From Octopus sinensis (Eukaryota), in contig NC_043000.1 in NCBI RefSeq assembly GCF_006345805.1, positions 124,744,001-124,808,000 on the forward strand: a stretch of DNA of 64,000 nt, read 5' to 3'. Positions 26,144 through 39,324 of the stretch are shown piece after piece. A program made the position numbers and the translations under genes. The notes beneath the pieces were generated by a model. That model did no database searches and was not told the origin of the DNA. It saw nothing but the letters and a program-made list of their open reading frames with translations. Numbering within the stretch: the stretch's first letter is position 1; the number at the start of each line of letters is the position of its first letter.

Positions 26144-26476
26144 ATACACACATATAGACATACTCGCTCGAACATATACACACTTACACACACATGTACA
26201 CATACACATACATGTGCATGCATATACATATGTTCACAAACATACATACACACACATACACAAATATATAAACACACATATAGGCATACATAGTTGAGCA
26301 CATATATGCATATGTACACATGCACATACATGTGCAAGCATACACATACATGTGCATGCATACACATAGATTCACAAGCATACATGCACACACATACACA
26401 TAAACATGGATGCATGCATGTGCATAAACATGCATGTATGCATGTGCAGAAAAATCAACATATGGATAGAAGGGCT

Positions 26477-26875
26477 GAGAGAGAAAGGGAGAGAGAGAGG
26501 AGGAGAGAGTGATAGTGAGAGAGAGAGGGGGGGGAGAGAGTGAGAGTGAGAGAGAGAGGGAGAGAGGAGGGAGGGAGAGAGATGGAGGGAGAGAGAGAGG
26601 GAGGGAGAGAGATAGGGAGGAAGAGAGAGAGCGAGAGAGAGCAAGATAGAGGGAGAGGGAGAACAAGAGAGAGCGAGAGAGAAGGGAGAGAGGGGGAGGG
26701 AGAGAGGGAGAGAGAGAGGGAGAGAGACAGTCAGCAACAGAGAGGGAGGGAGGGAGAGAGAGAAAGGGAGACAGTCAGCAAATGAGAGGGAGGGAGAGAG
26801 AAAGAGAGAGAGGAAGAGAGAGAGACAGATAGATAGAGTAGTCAGCATAAGAAAGGAAGGGAGGGAGAGGAGAAT
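26477..26875. repeat. (GA/GGA)-rich polypurine tract
   Basis: About 400 bp that is almost entirely A/G. Confidence 0.95.
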
Positions 26876-27717
26876 GAGCGAAACATTAAAACGTCTGTTG
26901 TCAATTAAGTTTGCATTGCATCAACGGTGCCAAATAGGCAGCACCAAAATGACTCCTACCTGAAGTTGGTTCTTGCCTTTAATGCCAAGCTGGTTGTCAT
27001 TTGTCTATTCTGTTGCATGGTTGGATGTTGCTTACCTTACTGACAACTACCTGTTTGTTGCCTAGTTACCAGCAGCCAACTCTCAATTCCATCTCAAACT
27101 CAATGGGATAGATTATACATGATCGACTACTCAGTGACCTTCAATCTTTTTCTCTCTTCAGTATTCACCCCAATGTGGTTTCTGTAATGCCACCTTTTCC
27201 GAAGACTTGTTTTTACATGCCAAACATTAATGATTCTTTACTGTTAAGAACTTTATTGAAAGCAATGATGTTACTTCTCAAGCATGGTTAGTTCAAGAAC
27301 TTTCTCTCAGTTTTGCACCATGCACCGGTTTATGGCAAATCGTATGAAATTGATATCCCTAATTGAAGACTTAGTGGATTTATCAATTAATGATCAATTT
27401 TCATTGATATGAAGCAGAATGACTCAGCAGATTGACTCAGTAGATGTCTCATTAGATTGACAAGTGCTACTAGCTCATAATCTATATGCTAAATTCTATT
27501 AGCTCATGTATGTATGTTTGTATGTATGTACATATGAATTTATGTATGTATGTATGTATGTATGTATGTATGTATGTGTGTGTGTGTTTGTGTGTGTGTT
27601 TTTATGTATGTATTCAGTTTTATTTCAATATTTCTTGGCAATAGAGAAAGAGGTGGCTTCCTAGGCTTCTTAACTGGAATTTCAACAACACCAACAGGGT
27701 ATTTTTAAATGTATGTA

Positions 27718-28410
27718 CAAGGTGCAGTAGATATATTGTTGTCTAAATTATTCAAAAATGAAAATAACACTGACATCTTGCTTAGTTATATTAACCAAAA
27801 TTACATAAAAATATCTTGAAATACTAAAGATTAAATTTATTCAATAAAATCGCCATTGGATTCAACCATGGCCTCCAGACGACTTCAGATTCTCCTGCAA
27901 CTCTTCTGGATGGTCTCCTTGTTTAAGTTGGTGAATGCTGCCATAATCCTTGCCTTCAGTTCATCTTTTGTGTTACAAGGAGTTTTGTTGGTCTCTTGCT
28001 CAACTGCGCCCCACACATAATAATCAGGGGGTTGCAGTGTGGGGAGTTAGGTGGCCAGATGTTAGGGGGTGATGTGGTTGCAGAAATTGTCTTACAACCA
28101 TGACTAGGTTCTCCTGATTGTGTGGCATGGTGCAGAGTCCTGTTGCGAGACATAGTGTCTTCCTGCAGCTACTCTCTTGATCCAGGGCAGCAGTATCTCC
28201 TCCAGGCACTTGATGTAGGTCTCCATGTTGTGTGTGAGGCCATGTGGGAAGATGAATGGATGCATAATGTCATCATTACCAGTGATCACTACAAGCACCA
28301 TAATGTTGATTGGATGTTTGATTTTTATCACTCTTGGTACATGTTTTGGAGACATGGCACACTAACAGTCGTTCTATGTGTTCACCATTTGTTTGTATTG
28401 GAGCTTCCGG
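27718..28410 (-). mobile_element. maT-type (about DD37D) Tc1/mariner transposase remnant, 3' half
   Basis: Minus strand: KHPINIMVLVVITGNDDIMHPFIF..QQDSAPCH..WPPNSPHCNP(L)DYYVWG..VESNGDFIE*. 37 residues lie between the second and third D after fixing two frameshifts. TA followed by CAAGGTG at 27716. Confidence 0.8.
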
Positions 28411-28503
28411 TGTGAATGAATGAATGTATGTATTTGTATATGTATGAATGTATGTATGTATGTATTTGTATATGTATGTGTGTATGAATGTATGTATGTA
28501 TGT

Positions 28504-28767
28504 ATCATCATCATCATCATCATCGTTTAGCGTCCGCTTTCCATGCTAGCATGGGTTGGACGGTTCAACTGGGGTCTGGGAAGCCAGAAAGCTGCACCAG
28601 GCCCAGTTTGATCTGGCAATGTTTCTACGGCTGGATGCCCTTCCTAACGCCAACCACTCCATGAGTGTAGTGGGTGCTTTTTACATGCCACCGGCACAGG
28701 TGCCAGACGAGTCTGGCAAACGGCCACGATCGGATGGTGCTTTTTATGTGCCACCGGCACGGGGGCA
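28504..28767 (-). mobile_element. RTE-LINE 3' end
   Basis: (CAT)n tail plus family motifs. Confidence 0.75.
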
Positions 28768-29913
28768 TGAATGCATGTATGTATGTATGTTTGTTTGTTT
28801 GTATTTGTATATACATGTATGTATGCTATGTATTATTTGTATATGTATGAATGTATGCATCCATGCATGCATGTACGTACGTATGTATATGTGTGAATGC
28901 ATGTGTGTATTTATGAATGTATGAGGGTATGAGTGTGTCAGTGCATGTATGTGTGTGTTAGTGTGTGTATGTGTGTATATGTGCGTGTTGCATGTGTGTG
29001 TGTGGTGTGTATGTTGTATGTGTATGCGCATTGTATGTGTGTGTGTGCATGTGTGTGCATGTGTGTGCAGTTGTGTCTCCTTGCTATGACATTGTGTGCT
29101 TATAGTAAATGAATGCCACTGCCATAACATCATAAAATTTGGTGTGGTTTGTTTGTAGCCTTCAGTGAAAACTTGTCAGGCCATTGTGTTGCTCATGATC
29201 AGAGGACTAGGAGAATTAGGGAGAGGCTGGGAATAGATAAAAGTTGGTGACAGGAAGAGCATCCGGTTGCGGAAAACTGCTTCACTCAATTTCATCTGAC
29301 TTACACAAACATGGAAAATTATATGTTTAAACAACACTACTGCTGCTGCTCCTGATGGTGATGATGTTGTCTATATATGTGTGTACATGTGTGTGTGTGT
29401 GTGTATGTGTTATATGAGCGAGAGAGAGAAAATTTAGTGAAGAAATGTGTATTTTATAAATTTTGATTTAGCTATTAGAAGGAAAATTATATTTACTCTG
29501 ACACTTGCAGCATATTACAACTGCCTTTCACACACACACACAGTGTATAATGCTTGAAACATAATGTAACAGATATAGACGAACTCCAGCAACCTAAGTG
29601 ATGAAACGTGCAATTAATGATGACACCGAGATGTCTCCAGTGATGTAATTTACTTGCGTGTTCATTTTCCCCTAAAAACACAAATGCATCCTTTATTTTA
29701 CACACATACACAGACCCATATGTCTATATATATATATATTCACAAATGCACACACTCATGTATGTATGTATGCATGCATGTATGTGTGTATATATATATA
29801 TATACACATACATACATTTACATATATAAACATATATACATATACCTATATATCTATCTATCTATCTATCAATCTGTCTATCTATATCTATCTATCTATC
29901 TACCTATCTATCT

Positions 29914-29962
<49 letters not shown>

Positions 29963-30349
29963 ATATATATATGCACACATGTATAGATAGCTATATAGAT
30001 GTATATATGAAATAGAAACAAGAAGTATCTTTTGAAATATTATCTTCCATTTAATTTAAAGCATGGGAATTAGTTTATTGAAAGATCGAGAAAAGAAATT
30101 ATGTGAAAAATGAAGAAATGAACAAAAGAAAAATTTTTTTAAATATATAAAAAAATTAAAATAAAACAGAAAGGGAAGAAAAAAAATTGGTTATAATTAA
30201 ATGGTGTGACAGATGAAGTTGAATAATATTTGAGAAAGATAACAATTTTGGTAGGCTGCTTTGCTCATTAAGGTAAGATTCTGACATTAAAAAGAGCAAG
30301 TGAGTGTGTCAGGTGAGTGTGTGCTTGTATGTGTGGGTGTGTAAAACGA

Positions 30350-30690
30350 AACACTACTGCTGCTGCTACTACTACTAACACTACTACTACCAACATTACT
30401 ACTATTACTACTACTACTACCACCATCACTACTATTACTACTACTACTACCACCACCACTACTATTACTACCACCACCACTACTATTACAACTACTACCA
30501 CCATCACTACTATTACTACTAACTACCACCACCACCACTACTATTACTACTACTACTACTACTACTACCACCATCACTACTATTACTACTGCTACCACCA
30601 CTACTGTTACTACTACCACCACCACCACCAGCATCATCATCGTCGTCACCATTGTTGCCACCACCACCACCACCACCATCATTATTATTT
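30350..30690. repeat. Compound trinucleotide microsatellite (ACT/ACC/ATC)
   Basis: Seen directly. Explains the poly-T/H/Y/V ORFs. Confidence 0.95.
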
Positions 30691-31139
30691 ATAATTTTTA
30701 AAATAGAAATAAAAGTCACCAAATTGCAGTTGTTATCACCTATGTTTTAACATTAATTTTTACAATTGTTTTAATTCTCTCCTTACAGGATCAAAATAAA
30801 ACACAAAAAAAGAAAAGAAAAAACTTAAAAAAAAAAATGATAAAACCACCAGAAGAATCAACCTATCAAAAGTTCATATATTTTCAAAGATGGCTTTTTT
30901 TCTCTTTTTGTTGAATAATGTTTTTCCATAAAGTTATTTGAACATTTTTGACTCTTCAAAATAAATGTTGTTAAATTTTAACACTAATGGCATTCCATAG
31001 CTTATTATGGATTGTTTCATCACTGTTTTACCACAGTAGACATTCTGACTGCTTTAAGCAGTTGATTTGTTAAACTGATAACCAGAGAACTACCTCCAGT
31101 TAGCATTTTAGAATTCTCCCAGTAATAGAATTAAAATAT

Positions 31140-31569
<430 letters not shown>

Positions 31570-31572
<3 letters not shown>

Positions 31573-32303
31573 AGCAGAAAAAATCCTATAATTTAATTTT
31601 TAAGATAACATGGACGGGTATACGTGAGCATGTTTGTATGTATGCATGTGTACATGTATGTGTATATGTAAGTATGTATGTGTTTGTATGCTTGTCTGTG
31701 TAATTGTGTGTGTATGTTCGTCTGTGTGTACATGCAGATAGATGAATGGATATTTAAAACACTTTAAAAACCTGGATAAAATGTATTTAAATATATAACT
31801 ATGCTATTTTCTTGTCCTATCTTTCTGGAGAGTAGTCACAATTATATGATGCGTATTCTTTTTCCCTCTGTTTAAAACATTATTTTCTACTTGAAAGCTG
31901 TTGAATTCAAATTTTATGTTCTTCTACAGTCTCTCTCTATTCTCTCTCTTTTATCTCATCACCATATCACCAAAGTAATAGACTGTGGATTCTTTTTATA
32001 TCTTTGCATTTTATTTGACCAAAATTGGGATACATTTTCTTGTAAAATGCTTAAACCCACTTACATTTACATACACCCTCCCCTCCACACACACACCACA
32101 CACATATATATATACATATATACATTATATATATACATATATATACATATATATATACATATATATACATATATATATATACATATATATATACATATAA
32201 TATATACATATATATATATATACATATAGATATATATATAATATATATATATATACACACATATACATATACTTATTATATGTATATATATATACATATA
32301 TAT

Positions 32304-32344
<41 letters not shown>

Positions 32345-32870
32345 TAAAGCAGAAAAAATCCTATAATTTAATTTTTAAGATAACATGGACGGGTATACGT
32401 GAGCATGTTTGTATGTATGCATGTGTACATGTATGTGTATATGTAAGTATGTATGTGTTTGTATGCTTGTCTGTGTAATTGTGTGGGTATGTTCGTCTGT
32501 GTGTACATGCAGATAGATGAATGGATATTTAAACACTTTAAAAACCTGGATAAAATGTATTTAAATATATAACTATGCTATTTTCTTGTCCTATCTTTCT
32601 GGAGAGTAGTCACAATTATATGATGCGTATTCTTTTTCCCTCTGTTTAAAACATTATTTTCTACTTGGAAAGCTGTTGAATTCAAATTTTATGTTCTTCT
32701 AAGACATTCTCTCTCTTTTATCTCATCACCATATCACCAAAGTAATAGACTGTGGATTCTTTTTATATCTTTGCATTTTATTTGACCAAAATTGGGATAC
32801 ATTTTCTTGTAAAATGCTTAAAACACACTTACATTTACACCCTCCCCTCCACACCACACACACACACACA
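31570..32870. repeat. Tandem duplication, period about 775 bp
   Basis: AAGCAGAAAAAATCCTATAATTT at 31572 and 32347. About 530 bp of unique sequence is repeated with small indels. Confidence 0.9.
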
Positions 32871-33020
32871 TACACATATGTACACACTAACACATAACTG
32901 TATTGAATATTCCTTTTATTCAACATTCCTTTTACATTCATTATGTAAAGTTGCTGAAATAACACTCAGTAGAAATTTTTCAATCAACGTTTTTTCAAAT
33001 CAGAAAAATGAACATTTAAT

Positions 33021-33126
33021 TATTGTTGTATTTGGGGGTGGTCATGTCGCCAGTTTAGCCAATAAAAACACATGCACTATTTCATTGGCTAAACTGGCAA
33101 CATGACCATCCCCAAATATAACAATA
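33021..33126. repeat. Inverted repeat, 43-bp arms with 20-bp spacer
   Basis: TATTGTTGTATTTGGGGGTGGTCATGTCGCCAGTTTAGCCAAT pairs with ATTGGCTAAACTGGCAACATGACCATCCCCAAATATAACAATA. Confidence 0.9.
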
Positions 33127-33428
33127 TCTGTTTCAACACAGGATTTCACATCAAAATCTTGCATAACAAATATATAAACGTAAGAACATTTAATTCTTTT
33201 ATTCTTTAACTTGTTTCAGTCATTTGACTGTGGCCATGCAAGAGCATCACCTTTAGTCAAACAAATCAACCCCAGGACTTATTCTTTGTAAGCCTAGTAC
33301 AGTAGTACCTCGGTTTTCAAACCCATTCTGATCATGAATAAATCGTGCTTTATCTCATGTCTTTCTCATATTCATTTAATACAGTTGTACCTGAGTTTAT
33401 GAACACCTCTGATCATGAATAAATTATG

Positions 33429-33465
<37 letters not shown>

Positions 33466-33519
33466 CACTCATGTGAAACATAGATCCTTTACTCATGTGA
33501 GACATGGACCCTTTACAAA

Positions 33520-33995
33520 TGTCATGTAAGGGTCCTTGAATGCTTTCATCAGAGATATCTCAGACACATTCTGAAAGTTGCCTGGACATTAAAAACACCA
33601 AACACACAGGTCCTGAGGACAGCTGATATCTTGAGTATTGAGGCGATAGTTCACAAACACTGGACACCTTATTAGAATGAAGGATAGCAGGATCCCTAAG
33701 AATATGCTATATGGGGAACTTGTTTGGGGAAAGAGACCCCGACAGACACCAAGGCTGTGATTTAAGGACTGTGTCATGTCCTCATTAAAGGTCTGTGATA
33801 AGCAGGAGATTGACTGGGAGAGCAATGCCTGTCATCACCAGAGATGGAAGAAGCAGGTGAAGGAGTGGGGTCGATACCTTTGAGAGAGCATGTTCTGCAT
33901 GAAGAACTTAAGTGTGCTGCTCGAAATCGCATGGCTGGTGTAGTGAATGGGGAAAGCTTGGTTTGGAATGTTTGCAGCTGTGCATGCTCTCTTAC
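33520..33995 (+). pseudogene. Decayed RTE (BovB-like) LINE ORF C-terminal fragment
   Basis: HVRVLECFHQRYLRHILKVAW..PNTQVLRTADILSIEA..GHLIRMKDSRIPKNMLYGEL..FKD, with frameshifts and stops. Confidence 0.8.
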
Positions 33996-34022
33996 AACAC
34001 ATACACACACGCTCTCACACAT

Positions 34023-34079
<57 letters not shown>

Positions 34080-34231
34080 CTCTCTCTCTCACACACACGA
34101 ATTCTCTCTCTCTCTCACACTATAGTAGAAAACACTTGCCCAAGATAGCACACAGTGGGACTGAACCCAGAACCAAGTGGTTGGAAACAAACTTCTTATC
34201 ACACAGCCATGTCTCCCTTACATATGTATAT

Positions 34232-34517
34232 ATCAACCACCTCACCAACAACAACACTGAACACCTTTTTGATCTCCATGTGTCTAACACACGTGGACAT
34301 GCCTACAAAGTCAGAAAACAACACAGCTCCCATGACTTTCGGAAACATTTTTTCACGCTCAGAGTTGCTGAAGCATGGAATAAACTGCCTGCATCAGTTG
34401 TTGACTGCCATGACACTGCATCCTTTAAGGCCCTCATGCTTTCCGAAATCCGCCGAAACTACACCTGATTATATATACACTTTAGATGAGTTGTAGTGCA
34501 CCTGAGCACTGTACACA

Positions 34518-34550
<33 letters not shown>
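34232..34550 (+). mobile_element. CR1-type LINE 3' end (same family as 48050-49233)
   Basis: INHLTNNNTEHLF..NTRGHAYKVRKQH..RKHFFTLRVAEAWNKLP, with an (ATT)n tail. Confidence 0.85.
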
Positions 34551-34559
<9 letters not shown>

Positions 34560-34933
34560 TTAACATTTAATGGAATATTTATCAAAATATTTGAAGATAC
34601 AAACATTTATAAACAGTAAATTTTTTCAACTTGTTACAATGATTGCTGTATATTTTTTTTTATTTCAAACATTTATTTTGAATTCAAGTTTCCAAGGAAA
34701 TGATAGATAGTTACTTTTTAAACATTTCTTAAATGTCTATTATAGAAACATGTATGATAGTTAAATAAATAAATAATTTTAAATTTTATATGTACACATA
34801 AAAATATATATATATATATATTATATACGCATGTATAAGTATATATAAATATATATATATATATATAGGTATATATAAATATATATACATATCTATGTAT
34901 ATATATATATATATATATATACATATATATACG

Positions 34934-35324
34934 TAGGCATAGGAGTAGCTGTCTGGTAAGTAGCTTGCTTACCACATGGTTCCGGGTTCAGTCCCACTGC
35001 GTGGCACCTTGGGCAAGTTTCTCCTACTATAGCCTCGGGCCAACCAAAGCCTTGTGAGTGGATTTGGTAGATGGAAACTGAAAGAAGCTCGTTGTATATA
35101 TGTATATGTGTATGTTTGTGTGTCTGTGTTTGTTCCCCCAACAACTGATGGTAGTGTGTTATGTCCCTGTAACTTAGCGGTTCGGCAAAAGAGACCAATA
35201 GAATAAGTACTAGACTTATAAAGAATAAGTCCTGGGGTTGATTTGCTCAACTGAAGGCGGTGCTCCAGCACGGCCACAGTCAAATGACTGAAACAAGTAA
35301 AAGAGTAAAAAGAGTAAAAGAGTA
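34934..35324 (+). mobile_element. SINE family A, full length
   Basis: Complete head, microsatellite, tail and (AAAAGAGT)n end. Confidence 0.85.
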
Positions 35325-35347
35325 ATGTATATTTATATACATAGATA

Positions 35348-35635
35348 TGGAGGCGCAATGGCCCAGTGGTTAGAGCAGTGGACTTGCGTTTGTAGGATCA
35401 CAGTTTCGATTCCCAGACCGGGCGTTGTGAGTGTTTATTGAGCGAAAACACCTAAAAGCTCCACGAGGCTCCGGCAGGGGGTGATGATCCCTGTTGTACT
35501 CTTTCACCACTCTTTCTTCCGTTGGTCTGCTCGCTTAGCCAGCGGGGTGGCGGCATTCGAAGGCTAAAACAATGCGAATGCATTGTGACCAGCTATGTGT
35601 AACTACATCTGATGGACTGGTTGTCACGTGATACA
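35348..35635 (+). mobile_element. tRNA-derived SINE (family C head)
   Basis: GGCGCAATGGCCCAGTGGTTAGAGCAG..GTTTCGATTCCC (A and B boxes). Confidence 0.75.
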
Positions 35636-35664
35636 TGGATATGTATGCATACGTACACATATAC

Positions 35665-35710
<46 letters not shown>

Positions 35711-35721
35711 CATATAAATGA

Positions 35722-35953
35722 AAAGGTGGCGAGCTGGCAGAACCGTTAGCACACCAGGCAAAATGCGTAGCCATATTTCATCTGCCGCTACGTTCTGAGT
35801 TCAAATTCCGTCAAGGTCGACTTTGCCTTTCATCCTTTCGGGGTCGATAAATTAAGTACCAGTTACGCACTGGGCTCGATGTAATCGACTTAATTCGTTT
35901 GTCTGTCCTTGTTTGTCTCCTCTATGTTTAGCCCCTTGTGGGTAATAAAGAAA
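35722..35953 (+). mobile_element. SINE family B monomer forming the 5' module of a SINE-LINE chimera
   Basis: Full monomer abutting the LINE with no spacer. A shared TSD brackets both. Confidence 0.85.
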
Positions 35954-38760
35954 CATGTATCATACTCAAACTCGGTGTGTGACACACTAATTGTACATAT
36001 TAGGCAACTTGATGTAGTTGTGTGTGCTACATATCGCCCTCCAGATGCCCCAAGCCATGTGGGCAAGTTTGAAGACTGCCTTATAAAAATAGAAGAAATT
36101 CTAACCACATTAGAACAACACATAGGTGTGCTTCTCATGGGAGACTTCAATCTGCCCAATGTCAGATGGCCCGAGGGCCTTTCTCTCCCAGGAATGACAA
36201 GATGTGAACGAGGACAGGCGAGGTCCCTCCTGAACCTCATCAACACCCTGTACATGAGCAGGTAATACTCCAACCAACCAGGGCAGGTAACACACTGGAT
36301 CTCTGCTTCACAAATGACATGGATCTCATCCATAATGTGAAAGTGACACCGACACTACTCTCAGATCACAACATGATAGAGCTGACCATGTACGGGCCAA
36401 AAGAGAGCACGGACATGCAGCCTACAAGAAACCCTCAAAATCTTTCCAGCTTGAACTACCATAAGGCAAACTGGAAACAAATTGAGAAAGAGATCCTCAA
36501 CAAAACTGGCCTAAATGTCTCTCCTCGCCAGACATCGACGTGAAACTTCAACAATTCATGTCTGTAATGCAAGCCATATGCTACAAATGTGTCCCAGAGA
36601 GAAAGGCCACTGTACACAAGAACAAAATCCCCAGAGAGAGGAAAATTTTAATGAGACGGCGTACGAAATTTTCAAATCGCCTAAACAAACAGATTGAAAG
36701 CAGTGAAAAGTCCCGCCTGAAAATAAAACTGTTGGAAATCGAAAAATGTCTGCAACGCTCCCATGAAAAAGAAAGAGCAGACAAAGAAGCCTGGGCTATA
36801 GAAAACATAAAATCTAACCCCAGAGCTTTCTACAGGTATGCCAAAGAAACAGCTACAGTGCACTGTAGAATAGGGCCACTCCTCGAAAAGGATGGCACAC
36901 TTACAGGAAAACCAATGAGGGTAAGTGAAATACTGAATGAGCAATTCAAGAGTGTTTTCACTCCACCCCTTGGGCATCTCCAAATCACCAATCCAACTGA
37001 CTTTTTTACCACTGCAGATATAAAATCAGAGGCGGCGACGATAGATTACATCGATATAAAGGAAGACGATGTAACCAAGGCTATAGATGAAATGAAAACA
37101 GACTCAGCTACTGGCCCCGATGGATTCCCGGCAATCCTCCTAAAAGCATGTAAGAGAGTCCTAGCAAGACCACTGCAGTTCCTCTTTCAGAGCTTCCTTG
37201 CAGCTGGCAAACTTCCAGGAAAACTGAAGGAAGGTAAAATATGCCCCATTCATAAAGGAGGTAGCAGAGCGGAAGCCAAGAACTATAGACCTATCTCTCT
37301 GACCTCACACATCAGCAAGGTCATGGAACGAATAGTCAGAAGGAAGCTGATCACCTTCCTTGAAGAGAATGACTTGCTGCCCGACACCCAACATGGTTTC
37401 CGACCAGGGAGAAGCTGCTTAACTCAGCTCCTACAACACTATGACTGGGTGCTGAAACGGCTGCTCAACCACTCAAATGTGGAAGTGATATATCTCGACT
37501 TTGCAAAGGCCTTTGATAAAGTCGATCATGGAATGATATGTCACAAACTGCGTGATCTCAACATAGTTGGAAAACTGGGAGAATGGCTTCATGACTTCTG
37601 AAGGATAGAAGTCAGGTGGTAGTAGCCAATGGGGCCACCTCCATTAACACACAATAGTGAGCGGTGTTCCGCAGGGCACTGTTCTGGGACCACTACTGTT
37701 CATAATGGCCCTCTCAGACATGCCCTCAGCCACGCAGAGAGCCACGATCACAAGTTATGCAGATGATACAAAAGTTTCACAGGCAATACAGAACCCTGAG
37801 GACACTAAACACCTGCAATGTGAGCTGGACGAAATATACAAGTGGGCTGAAAAGAATAGCATGCAGTTCAATGCTGGAAAGTTTCAAGCTTTATACTATC
37901 AGCATGCAAAACTGAATGCAATACCCAATGAATACACTGGACCCGGAGGGATTGCAATCCCAGATGCACAATCAGTGCGTGACCTGGGTATTCACATGAG
38001 TGATGACGCGACCTTTCATGTACATGTTGCTAAACTGACAATGAAATGTAGACGGCTGGCTGGATGGATTCTTAGAACCTTTAGAACAAGAGAACAAGAA
38101 ACCATGATGGTCCTCTGGAAGACACTTGTCCTAAGCCACTTTGACTATTGCTCTCAGCTATGGTCACCATCCAGTGTCAAGTTGATCACAGAACTTGAGG
38201 CGATCCAACGAAGCTACACAAAGAAGATAGCCTCTATGCAAAATGTAAGCTACTGGGAAAGACTCAAGAGATTAAAATTATATTCCCTGGAGCGTAGGCG
38301 GGAAAGATATGCCATAATATACATCTGGAAGATCCTGGAGGGAAGTGTCCTGAACTTTGGCATCGAGAGTTACGCAAATGCCAGAATTGGGCGCCACTGC
38401 GTGGTGCCTAGGACTCCAAACCTGCCATCAAGATGTAGGACAAGATTCTGTGATAGCCTGGGCTTCCGAGGCCCACAGCTCTTCAATATCCTCCCGAAGA
38501 ACCTGAGAGACCTGCATGGGGTGGATACAGATGTCTTTAAAATGAAGCTGGATCTCTTCCTGTCAGGTGTCCCAGATGAACCAACTTCACGGCAGGAGGG
38601 GCAGATGAGGGCAGCTGCATCGAACTCTCTCATGCACCAAATAGCAGTTGCTAGAAAGCCTCCATGAAGTGAAACCAAGTAGCAACACCAAATGGCGGTG
38701 CCCCAGCATGGCCACAGCTCATAAGCTGAAACTAGAATCAATCAATCAATCAATCAATCA
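35954..38760 (+). mobile_element. 5'-truncated CR1-group non-LTR retrotransposon (partial APE endonuclease + reverse transcriptase)
   Basis: APE motifs YRPP, GDFNLP, TLDL, SDH. RT motifs NYRPISLTS, QHGFRPGRSC, YLDFAKAFDKV, GVPQGTVLGPLLF, YADD. Stop at 38667, short 3' UTR, (AATC)n tail. The clade assignment is an inference. Confidence 0.95.
36540..38667 (+). pseudogene. LINE ORF2 reverse transcriptase region (split by -1 frameshifts)
   Basis: ORFs 36540-37601 and 37657-38667 join through HDF/LKDRSQVVVANG..TQ/VSGVPQG. Confidence 0.9.
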
Positions 38761-38911
38761 TATAAATGAAAAATGCATTAAATACTACAAAACATATGTA
38801 GGACAGACACAGAACGACCCCAATGCTTCATATACACATATACATACATACACACACATATATACATATATATATACACACATACATACACATATATATA
38901 TACACACATAC

Positions 38912-38942
<31 letters not shown>

Positions 38943-39123
38943 TACATTTCATGTCCTAATACATCTCCTGCTGTGGCTGTGTAGTCCTATCCTGGACAAG
39001 CACTCCCTCTGGCAGGTGCCACAAATGTAGCGAAGGCTTTGCCTGGCTGGTTGTAATGTCATACATATACACATATATATACATACATACATATACACAT
39101 ATATATACACATATACATATATA

Positions 39124-39170
<47 letters not shown>

Positions 39171-39188
39171 AGATGAATTAATTTACGG

Positions 39189-39243
<55 letters not shown>

Positions 39244-39324
39244 CATACATACACATATATACATATATGTTAAATAACTTATATTGAACTGTACTATTTC
39301 CCTCTATTTAACTCTCTCATATAA

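Noticed and set aside
33298-33433. Tigger-like TIR starts (TACAGTAGTACCTCGG, twice)
   Set aside because: Only direct copies with no inverted mate, which is insufficient to call an element.
35348-35420. tRNA gene
   Set aside because: A and B boxes are present, but the sequence continues into a SINE body and I could not fold a clean cloverleaf. The same holds for the other SINE heads.
38370-38741. Antisense ORFs over LINE and transposase regions
   Set aside because: Shadow frames of the sense coding sequence.
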